Below are positions 21,701 through 33,700 of a stretch of 64,000 nucleotides of DNA, piece after piece (the first letter of the stretch is position 1; each line of letters opens with the position of its first letter). Where the stretch lies: positions 372,001 through 436,000 of the forward strand of contig CATNEN010000012.1 of NCBI GenBank assembly GCA_950097015.1, given 5' to 3'. The translations under genes and the position numbers were made by a program. The notes beneath the pieces were generated by a model. The model did no database searches and was not told where the DNA came from. It saw only the letters and a list, made by a program, of their open reading frames with translations. This DNA comes from Macrostomum hystrix (taxonomy: Eukaryota > Animalia > Platyhelminthes).

Positions 21701-24700
21701 TTAGCCTACAGTATCTACCCAATTAGCCTACAGTATCTACCCAATTAGCCTACAGTATCTACCCAATTAGCCTACAGTATCTACCCAATCTCCCCTTCAC
21801 ATCCGCACAGCAGAGCAGCAGCATCTTCAGGCGTCTGGCTTCGAAGCGCTCGGCTGATACTGGCGGCGCCCGACTGCTCAGCCAGTCGGATGTTCAGGCG
21901 GCGGTGCACCAGCTGAGCCCGCCAGGCGATCTCAGAGAGTCGGCCCTCTCAGGCGGTCTGCGCGCAATCGTCTGGTGCCTGCTGACTGGCCGGTTCGGCC
22001 TGGCGCGGGCATTCTGCCTGCAGCAGCGCGAGGTCATCTCGACGTCATTATTCGCAGCCCTGCTGCTCCGGCGGGCGCGCGCATCCTGCGACAGTGTTCA
22101 GCTGCGCTCGGAGCTCGACGCGCAGGCGGCCGGATTCGAACTGCTGGCTGTTGACGTGCTCAACGACTGCTGGTCCGAGGATTCCAATCAGGCCTCTATG
22201 ACAGTTGTTCGACGTCTGCAGGCGTACGACGGCGCCACCTCCTTTGAGTTGGCAGCCGAGGGCCAGTCTCTGAGCTTCATCGCGCACCCCAGCTGCCAGA
22301 ATCTGCTGGACCTCATGTGGCGCGGCCGCATCGTCGGCCACCTCAGCGGCCTGCAGTTCCTGCTGGCTTGTCTTGTCGGCTGCGCTGCTCCCTGGCTAAT
22401 CGGCCCGCTGCTGCTGCTGCTGCTGCGTGGGACCAGGCGATTGCGCGGAGACGCGGAGGAACAGGTGGATTTCGGTTGGGATTTTCCTGAGAAAGTTTTA
22501 GGAAGATAGGAAGAGTTGAAATGGGAAGATAAGGAAGACTAGATATGGGAAGATGAGGAAGACTAGATATGGGAAGATGAGGAAGAGTAGATTGGGAAGA
22601 TGAGGAAGAGTAGATATGGGAAGATGAGGAAGAGTAGATATGGGAAGATAGGAAGAGTTGAAATGGGAAGATGAGGAAGAGTAGATATGGGAAGATAGGA
22701 AGAGTAGATATGGGAAGATCGGAAGAGTAGATATGGGAAGATAGGAAGAGTAGATATGGGAAGATAGGAAGAGTAGATATGGGAAGATAGGAAGAGTAGA
22801 TATGGGAAGATGAGGAAGAGTAGATATGGGAAGATAGGAAGAGTAGATATGGGAAGATAGGAAGAGTAGATATGGGAAGATAGGAAGAGTAGATATGGGA
22901 AGATAGGAAGAGTAGATATGGGAAGATAGGAAGAGTAGATATGGGAAGATAGGAAGAGTAGATATGGGAAGATAGGAAGAGTAGATATGGGAAGATGAGG
23001 AAGAGTAGATATGGGAAGATAGGAAGAGTAGATATGGGAAGATAGGAAGAGTTGAAATAGGAAGATAGGAAGAGTAGATATGGGAAGATAGGAAGAGTAG
23101 ATATGGGAAGATAGGAAGAGTAAATATGGGAAGATGAGGAAGAGTAGATATGGGAAGATAGGAAGAGTAAATATGGGAAGATGAGGAAGAGTAGATATGG
23201 GAAGATAGGAAGAGTAGATATGGGAAGATAGGAAGAGTAGATATGGGAAGATGAGGAAGAGTAGATATGGGAAGATGAGGAAGAGTAGATATGGGAAGAT
23301 AGGAAGAGTTGAAATGGGAAGATAGGAAGAGTAGATATGGGAAGATAGGAAGAGTTGAAATGGGAAGATAGGAAGAGTAGATATGGGAAGATAGGAAGAG
23401 TAGATATGGGAAGATAGGAAGAGTTGAAATGGGAAGATAGGAAGAGTAGATATGGGAAGATAGGAAGAGTAGATATGGGAAGATAGGAAGAGTAGATATG
23501 GGAAGATAGGAAGAGTAGATATGGGAAGATAGGAAGAGTAGATATGGGAAGATAGGAAGAGTAGATATGGGAAGATGAGGAAGAGTAGATATGGGAAGAT
23601 AGGAAGAGTAGATATGGGAAGATCGGAAGAGTAGATATGGGAAGATAGGAAGAGTAGATATGGGAAGATAGGAAGAGTAGATATGGGAAGATAGGAAGAG
23701 TAGATATGGGAAGATAGGAAGAGTAGATATGGGAAGATAGGAAGAGTAGATATGGGAAGATAGGAAGAGTAGATATGGGAAGATAGGAAGAGTAGAAATG
23801 GGAAGATAGGAAGAGTAGATATGGGAAGATAGGAAGAGTAGATATGGGAAGATGAGGAAGAGTAGATATGGGAAGATAGGAAGAGTAGATATGGGAAGAT
23901 GAGGAAGAGTAGATATGGGAAGATAGGAAGAGTAGAAATGGGAAGATAGGAAGAGTAGATATGGGAAGATAGGAAGAGTAGATATGGGAAGATGAGGAAG
24001 AGTAGATATGGGAAGATGAGGAAGAGTAGATATGGGAAGATAGGAAGAGTAGATATGGGAAGATAGGAAGAGTAGATATGGGAAGATGAGGAAGAGTAGA
24101 TATGGGAAGATGAGGAAGAGTAGATATGGGAAGATGAGGAAGAGTAGATATGGGAAGATAGGAAGAGTAGATATGGGAAGATGAGGAAGAGTAGATATGG
24201 GAAGATAGGAAGAGTTGAAATGGGAAGATAGGAAGAGTAGATATGGGAAGATAGGAAGAGTAGATATGGGAAGATAGGAAGAGTAGATATGGGAAGATAG
24301 GAAGAGTAGATATGGGAAGATAGGAAGAGTAGATATGGGAAGATAGGAAGAGTAGATATGGGAAGATAGGAAGAGTAGATATGGGAAGATAGGAAGAGTA
24401 GATATGGGAAGATAGGAAGAGTTGAAATGGGAAGATAGGAAGAGTTGAAATGGGAAGATAGGAAGAGTAGATATGGGAAGATAGGAAGAGTAGATATGGG
24501 AAGATAGGAAGAGTAGATATGGGAAGATAGGAAGAGTAGATATGGGAAGATAGGAAGAGTAGATATGGGAAGATAGGAAGAGTAGATATGGGAAGATAGG
24601 AAGAGTAGATATGGGAAGATAGGAAGAGTAGATATGGGAAGATAGGAAGAGTAGATATGGGAAGATAGGAAGAGTAGATATGGGAAGATAGGAAGAGTAG

Positions 24701-27700
24701 ATATGGGAAGATAGGAAGAGTAGATATGGGAAGATAGGAAGAGTAGATATGGGAAGATAGGAAGAGTAGATATGGGAAGATAGGAAGAGTAGATATGGGA
24801 AGATAGGAAGAGTAGATATGGGAAGATAGGAAGAGTAGATATGGGAAGATAGGAAGAGTTGAAATGGGAAGATAGGAAGAGTAGATATGGGAAGATAGGA
24901 AGAGTAGATATGGGAAGATAGGAAGAGTAGATATGGGAAGATAGGAAGAGTAGATATGGGAAGATAGGAAGAGTAGATATGGGAAGATAGGAAGAGTAGA
25001 TATGGGAAGATAGGAAGAGTAGATATGGGAAGATAGGAAGAGTAGATATGGGAAGATAGGAAGAGTAGATATGGGAAGATAGGAAGAGTAGATATGGGAA
25101 GATAGGAAGAGTAGATATGGGAAGATAGGAAGAGTAGATATGGGAAGATAGGAAGAGTAGATATGGGAAGATAGGAAGAGTTAGATATGGGAAGATAGGA
25201 AGAGTAGATATGGGAAGATAGGAAGAGTAGATATGGGAAGATAGGAAGAGTAGATATGGGAAGATAGGAAGAGTTGAAATGGGAAGATTAGGAAGAGTAG
25301 ATATGGGAAGATAGGAAGAGTAGATATGGGAAGATAGGAAGAGTTGAAATGGGAAGATGAGGAAGAGTAGATATGGGAAGATAGGAAGAGTCGAAATGGG
25401 AAGATTAGGAAGAGTAGATATGGGAAGATAGGAAGAGTTGAAATGGGAAGATTAGGAAGAGTAGATATGGGAAGATAGGAAGAGTTGAAATGGGAAGATG
25501 AGGAAGAGTAGATATGGGAAGATAGGAAGAGTTGAAATGGGAAGATGAGGAAGAGTAGATATGGGAAGATAGGAAGAGTAGATATGGGAAGATAGGAAAA
25601 GTAGATATGGGAAGATAGGAAGAGTAGATATGGGAAGATAGGAAGAGTAGATATGGGAAGATAGGAAGAGTAGAAATGGGAAGATAGGAAGAGTAGATAT
25701 GGGAAGATGAGGAAGAGTAGATATGGGAAGATAGGAAGAGTAGATATGGGAAGATAGGAAGAGTAGAAATGGGAAGATAGGAAGAGTAGATATGGGAAGA
25801 TAGGAAGAGTAGATATGGGAAGATAGGAAGAGTAGATATGGGAGATAGGAAGAGTAGATATGGGAAGATAGGAAGAGTAGATATGAGAAGATGAGGAAGA
25901 GTAGATATGGGAAGATAGGAAGAGTAGATATGGGAAGATAGGAAGAGTAGATATGGGAAGATGAGGAAGAGTAGATATGGGAAGATAGGAAGAGTAGATA
26001 TGGGAAGATGAGGAAGAGTAGATATGGGAAGATAGGAAGAGTAGATATGGGAAGATGAGGAAGAGTAGATATGGGAAGATAGGAAGAGTAGATATGGGAA
26101 TATCGGAAGAGTAGATATGGGAAGATAGGAAGAGTAGATATGGGAAGATAGGAAGAGTAGATATGGGAAGATAGGAAGAGTAGATATGGGAAGATGAGGA
26201 AGAGTAGATATGGGAAGATGAGGAAGAGTAGATATGGGAAGATAGGAAGAGTAGATATGGGAAGATAGGAAGAGTAGATATGGGAAGATAGGAAGAGTAG
26301 ATATGGGAAGATAGGAAGAGTAGATATGGGAAGATAGGAAGAGTAGATATGGGAAGATGAGGAAGAGTAGATATGGGAAGATGAGGAAGAGTAGATATGG
26401 GAAGATAGGAAGAGTAGATATGGGAAGATAGGAAGAGTAGATATGGGAAGATGAGGAAGAGTAGATATGGGAAGATAGGAAGAGTAGATATGGGAAGATA
26501 GGAAGAGTAGATATGGGAAGATGAGGAAGAGTAGATATGGGAAGATAGGAAGAGTAGAAATGGGAAGATAGGAAGAGTAGATATGGGAAGATAGGAAGAG
26601 TAGATATGGGAAGATGAGGAAGAGTAGATATGGGAAGATGAGGAAGAGTAGATATGGGAAGATAGGAAGAGTAGATATGGGAAGATAGGAAGAGTAGATA
26701 TGGGAAGATAGGAAGAGTAGATATGGGAAGATAGGAAGAGTATTGATTATAAGTCAAGATCTATAAAAGAGAGGAGAGATGGTAAGTTAAGTTTCTGAAA
26801 AATTCATTCATACCGGCAGGAGACAGCGTCTGATGAGCCACCCGAGGAGTCTAAATTGGCTGACACATTCTCGGACACTTCCGCTGCAACGGCGGACCAC
26901 AAACTTCCGACAAAGTATGCCAGACTGAAGTCGACACGGCGAAGCCGAGACCTCTGCGCTCGGCTGATTTGCGACACCTACGACTTTTATGCCACGCCTA
27001 TGATTCGCTTTTTGTATACCTCGGTGCGTGGGTGGGCAAATTTAGCTGACCCAATCTGCATCGGGTCTGGGGATAGGAGTTTTTGGTCTGAGCCAATCAG
27101 CATTGGATACCGGTGAAGGGGTTGTTGGTGTGGACCAATTAGCATAGGATCCCGGGAAGGGGTTGTTAGTCAGGACCAATTAGCATCGGATCCCAGGAAG
27201 GGGTTGTTAGTCAGGACCAATTAGCATCGGATCCCGGGAAGGGGTTGTTAGTCAGGACCAATTAGCATCGGATCCCGGGAAGGGGTTGTTAGTCAGGACC
27301 AATCAGCATCGGCCTGTTATTGAGTAAAAGTTCACCGGCTAGCCCAATCCTGGCTCAGGTGGCGTACGTGGGTTTCCTGTGTCTGTACTCCTACGTGCTG
27401 CTGTTTAACATGGGCAACACCACGGACTCGTGGAATATGGCGCACCTCCTGCTAGCGGTGTTTGTCCTCTCCTTTATGGCCGAGTCTATCAAGCAGCTGC
27501 TAGTTAGCGGAGACTCTATCGTCGGCCACCTCGGCAAAGGCTGGAACATGATGGACGCCGCCTGCATGGCCATCTTCGCCCTGGCCTCCATCATCTTCGG
27601 CCTGAGGTTTGCACCCGGCTTGCCGGACGCATTGTTCGGCGTGGACAGCTCCGGCACCGGGCTGGACACTGGCAGCGTCAAGATGATGCGCATCTGCCGC

Positions 27701-30700
27701 CTCCTGCTCGGATTGGCTCTGTTCTTTTACTTCTGCCGCCTGCTGCAGAACTTCTCCGTGCATGTCAACCTGGGCCCGAAGGTTGTCATGATTCAGACAA
27801 TGGTGAGTGGGGCTCATGATTCAGACAATGGTGAGTGGTGCTCATGATTCAGACAATGGTGAGTGAGGCTCATGATTCAGACAATGGTGAGTGGGGCTCA
27901 TGATTCAGACAATGGTGAGTGAGGCTCATGATTCGATTCCGCGGCGAGGCCACATTCATTTAGGGCGCAGCCGTGGAGAGAAGGCTTGGGGGCTTGTCGT
28001 GCAATCTGCGTCCTTGAGGGCCAACCTCCAAGGCATCGGGAAAGTTTACACTGCCTGACGATGAGAAAGTCAGGGCAGATGTACCTACCTGTGTGAGTGT
28101 GTGCACTGGAGTCAGCGGAACGGGCAGAATGCCCACAGGCCACCTGAAATGATCATTTATTCTAATTTTTGAGGCTTGTAATTCACTCAATAGTTCGTCA
28201 TTCACCAAAAACAATCAGATCATCGAGGACCTCATTCCGTTCATGGTCATCTTTCTGGTCTTCGTTCTTGGCTACGGAGTCTTTGTTTGGAGCACCATCT
28301 TCCCAATGTCCTCGTTAGACATCGGCGACTCGATGGACGCGGTGATGAGCCTGCTCAAGCTGGCCTACTTTGAGTCGTTCGGCGAGCTGCAGGTCGGCTT
28401 CATCAGCGGCGACGGTCAGAAAGGCTTTCAACAGTCTCATTTTAACAAATTCGAAAACTACTAATATTTTTTTAAGCTATATTTGTATCCCTGACCAATT
28501 TACAGTCACGACGCTAAGTGAGTCAAGGAATCGCGAATGTTTGACACGATCTGACATCCCACTGACATAATCTGACATCCCACTACTGGATCTGACATCC
28601 CACTACTGGATCTGACATCCCACTACAGGATCTGACATCCCACTGACAAAATCTGACATCCCACTGACACGACCTGACATCCCACTGACAGAATCTGACA
28701 TCCCACTGACAGAATCTGACATCCCACTGACATAATCTGACATACCACTGACGCAATCTGACACCCCACTGACACAATCTGACATCCCACTGACACAATC
28801 TGACATCCCACTGACACAATCTGACATCCCACTGACACAATCTGACATCCCACTGACACAATCTGACATCCCACTACCCGATCTGACAACTGCGACCCCT
28901 CAGCCGACTCGTGCAAGCTGAACATGACCAGCTGCCCGGACTCCTGGGGTCGCTACATTGCGCCAGTGCTGCTAGGATTTTACATCGTGTTTACCAATGT
29001 GCTGCTGCTCAACCTGCTAATCGCCATGTTCGCGTGAGCACACTAATCCTATAATTGCGCTCCCTTCTCGACGTTTATTCAATGGATTATAGAATTGAAT
29101 GATAGAATATAATAGAATAGAATTAGTTATAGAATAGAATTAAAGTTTATAGAATGGATTGCTAATCTATCCCATTGATGAAGGAATAGAATGGATTGCT
29201 AATCTATCCCATTGATGAAGGAATAGAATGGATTGCTAATCTATCCCATGGATGAAGGAATAGAATGGGTTGCTAATCTATCCCATTGATGAAGGAATAG
29301 AATGGATTGCTAATCTATCCCATGGATGAAGGAATAGAATGGATTGCTAATCTATCCCATTGATGAAGGAATAGAATGGATTGCTAATCTATCCCATAGA
29401 TGAAGGAATAGAATGGATTGCTAATCTATCCCATGGATGAAGGAATAGAATGGATTGCTAATCTATCCCATGGATGAAGGAATAGAATGGATTGCTAATC
29501 TATCCCATGGATGAAGGAATAGAATGGATTGCTAATCTATCCCATGGATGAAGGAATAGAATGGATTGCTAATCTATCCCATTGATGAAGGAATAGAATG
29601 GATTGCTAATCTATCCCATGGATGAAGGAATAGAATAGATTGCTAATCTATCCCCTGGATAAAGGAATAGAATGGATTGCTAATCTATCCCATGGATGAA
29701 GGAATAGAATAGATTGCTAATCTATCCCATTGATGAAGGAATAGAATGGATTGCTAATCTATCCCATGGATGAAGGAATAGAATGGATTGCTAATCTATC
29801 CCATGGATGAAGGAATAGAATGGATTGCTAATCTATCCCATGGATGAAGGAATAGAATAGATTGCTAATCTATCCCCTGGATAAAGGAATAGAATGGATT
29901 GCTAATCTATCCCATGGATGAAGGAATAGAATAGATTGCTAATCTATCCCATTGATGAAGGAATAGAATGGATTGCTAATCTATCCCATTGATAAAGGAA
30001 TAGAATGGATTGCTAATCTATCCCATGGATGAAGGAATAGAATGGATTGCTAATCTATCCCATTGATAAAGGAATAGAATGGATTGCTAATCTATCCCCT
30101 GGATAAAGGAATAGAATGGATTGCTAATCTATCCCATTGATAAAGGAATAGAATGGATTGCTAATCTTTCCCATGGATGAAGGAATAGAATAGATTGCAA
30201 ATCTATCCCATGGATGAAGGAATAGAATAGATTGCTAATCTATCCCCTGGATAAAGGAATAGAATGGATTGCTAATCTATCCCATGGATGAAGGAATAGA
30301 ATGGATTGCTAATCTATCCCATGGATGAAGGAATAGAATGGATTGCTAATCTATCCCATTGATAAAGGAATAGAATGGATTGCTAATCTTTCCCATGGAT
30401 GAAGGAATAGAATAGATTGCTAATCTATCCCATGGATGAAGGAATAGAATAGATTGCTAATCTATCCCCTGGATAAAGGAATAGAATGGATTGCTAATCT
30501 ATCCCATGGATGAAGGAATAGAATGGATTGCTAATCTATCCCATGGATGAAGGAATAGAATGGATTGCTAATCTTTCCCATTGATGAAGGAAAAGAATGG
30601 ATTGCTAATCTATCCCATGGATGAAGGAATAGAATGGATTGCTAATCTATCCCATGGATGAAGGAATAGAATGGATTGCTAATCTATCCCATGGATGAAG

Positions 30701-33700
30701 GAATAGAATAGATTGCTAATCTATCCCATGGATAAAGGAATAGAATGGATTGCTAATCTATCCCATGGATGAAGGAATAGAATAGATTGCTAATCTATCC
30801 CATTGATGAAGGAATAGAATGGATTGCTAATCTATCCCATTGATAAAGGAATAGAATGGATTGCTAATCTATCCCATGGATGAAGGAAAAGAATGGATTG
30901 CTAATCTATCCCATGGATGAAGGAATAGAATGGATTGCTAATCTATCCCATGGATGAAGGAATAGAATGGATTGCTAATCTATCCCATGGATGAAGGAAT
31001 AGAATAGATTGCTAATCTATCCCCTGGATAAAGGAGTAGAATGGATTGCTAATCTTTCCCATGGATGAAGGAATAGAATAGATTGCTAATCTATCCCATT
31101 GATGAAGGAATAGAATGGATTGCTAATCTATCCCATTGATAAAGGAATAGAATGGATTGCTAATCTATCCCATGGATGAAGGAATAGAATGGATTGCTAA
31201 TCTATCCCATTGATAAAGGAATAGAATGGATTGCTAATCTATCCCATGGATGAAGGAATAGAATGGATTGCTAATCTATCCCATTGATAAAGGAATAGAA
31301 TGGATTGCTAATCTTTCCCATGGATGAAGGAATAGAATAGATTGCTAATCTATCCCATGGATGAAGGAATAGAATAGATTGCTAATCTATCCCCTGGATA
31401 AAGGAATAGAATGGATTGCTAATCTATCCCATGGATGAAGGAATAGAATGGATTGCTAATCTATCCCATGGATGAAGGAATAGAATGGATTGCTAATCTT
31501 TCCCATTGATGAAGGAAAAGAATGGATTGCTAATCTATCCCATGGATGAAGGAATAGAATGGATTGCTAATCTATCCCATGGATGAAGGAATAGAATGGA
31601 TTGCTAATCTATCCCATGGATGAAGGAATAGAATAGATTGCTAATCTATCCCCTGGATAAAGGAATAGAATGGATTGCTAATCTATCCCATGGATGAAGG
31701 AATAGAATAGATTGCTAATCTATCCCATTGATGAAGGAATAGAATGGATTGCTAATCTATCCCATTGATAAAGGAATAGAATGGATTGCTAATCTATCCC
31801 ATGGATGAAGGAATAGAATGGATTGCTAATCTATCCCATTGATAAAGGAATAGAATGGATTGCTAATCTATCCCATGGATGAAGGAATAGAATGGATTGC
31901 TAATCTATCCCATTGATAAAGGAATAGAATGGATTGCTAATCTTTCCCATGGATGAAGGAATAGAATAGATTGCTAATCTATCCCATGGATGAAGGAATA
32001 GAATAGATTGCTAATCTATCCCCTGGATAAAGGAATAGAATGGATTGCTAATCTATCCCATGGATGAAGGAATAGAATGGATTGCTAATCTATCCCATTG
32101 ATAAAGGAATAGAATGGATTGCTAATCTATCCCATGGATGAAGGAATAGAATGGATTGCTAATCTATCCCATTGATAAAGGAATAGAATGGATTGCTAAT
32201 CTATCCCATGGATGAAGGAATAGAATGGATTGCTAATCTATCCCATTGATAAAGGAATAGAATGGATTGCTAATCTTTCCCATGGATGAAGGAAAAGAAT
32301 GGATTGCTAATCTTTCCCATTGATGAAGGAAAAGAATGGATTGCTAATCTATCCCATGGATGAAGGAATAGAATGGATTGCTAATCTATCCCATTGATAA
32401 AGGAATAGAATGGATTGCTAATCTTTCCCATGGATGAAGGAATAGAATAGATTGCTAATCTATCCCATTGATGAAGGAATAGAATGGATTGCTAATCTAT
32501 CCCATTGATAAAGGAATTGAATGGATTGCTAATCTATCCCATGGATGAAGGAATAGAATGGATTGCTAATCTATCCCATTGATAAAGGAATAGAATGGAT
32601 TGCTAATCTATCCCATGGATGAAGGAATAGAATAGATTGCTAATCTATCCCATGGATGAAGGAATAGAATAGATTGCTAATCTATCCCCTGGATAAAGGA
32701 ATAGAATGGATTGCTAATCTATCCCATGGATGAAGGAATAGAATGGATTGCTAATCTATCCCATTGATAAAGGAATAGAATGGATTGCTAATCTTTCCCA
32801 TGGATGAAGGAATAGAATAGATTGCTAATCTATGCCTCATGGCCTTCAACCCGCTCGGCCAGCAACACTTACGAGCGAATCCAGAGCTCCTCGGTGCAGT
32901 ACTGGACCCTGCAGCGCTACCTCATTATGCGCGAGTACACGGAGCGAAGCATCTTCCCGCCGCCCCTGTCGCTGTTGTGGAATCTGACCCTGCTGATCTA
33001 CCTGGCGATGCGCGGTAGGCGCATCTCGTTTGAGACTGACGCGCTGATGTGTCGAGTCAGTGAGTCCGGGCTATTGGACCTGTGCACAGAAATAAAACGC
33101 TTTTAAGCTACTTTTTAGCGTATCTGTAAAATTTTTCTCAAAAAATTATTTAGCATGAATGCTTTTCTCGGGTCTGCTATCGGTAATATCTGCAAATAAT
33201 TGTATTTGAAGTAGCACAATCATGCAGTTATCAAATGACAATATAGTATATCAACATTATAACAATAGCGTACAGTAATAACAAAATCTTCACTTTCAAA
33301 TTTCAGACTTCAGAGGATTTTTACGTAAGTTAAAGTAGGTTTCTGTATGTCTGTTAATCTAGCTGCGTCTTTTATATTGAACCCAAAAAAGCAAAATACT
33401 TTGATGACAGATAAATTATGACAAAATCGAAGCACTTAGATTTGATAGTGTAAGTACGCTCGCAGTTTGGTTCGAAAAAATATGCCAAGATTGATATACG
33501 AGAGTATGCCCGTAGAAAACATTGGGACCTAGCCAGCCAATCCGCGAGCAGGACTCGGGTAGACCTTGGCCCATACCCCGTGAGCGGATTTGCCAAGGGG
33601 GCGAGAGCTACGCAGGAAGGGAGAGAAGGGATAGAGGGGGAGCGAAATCGGAGCCAATAGGCGCAGACCATGGGCAAGCAAGAAAGGGGTGGGCTCAGCC

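Noticed and set aside
28381-28400. Donor at 28392 (CAG|GTCGGC) for the pore exon
   Set aside because: It is phase 0 and incompatible with the phase-1 S6 exon; the donor at 28414 fits.
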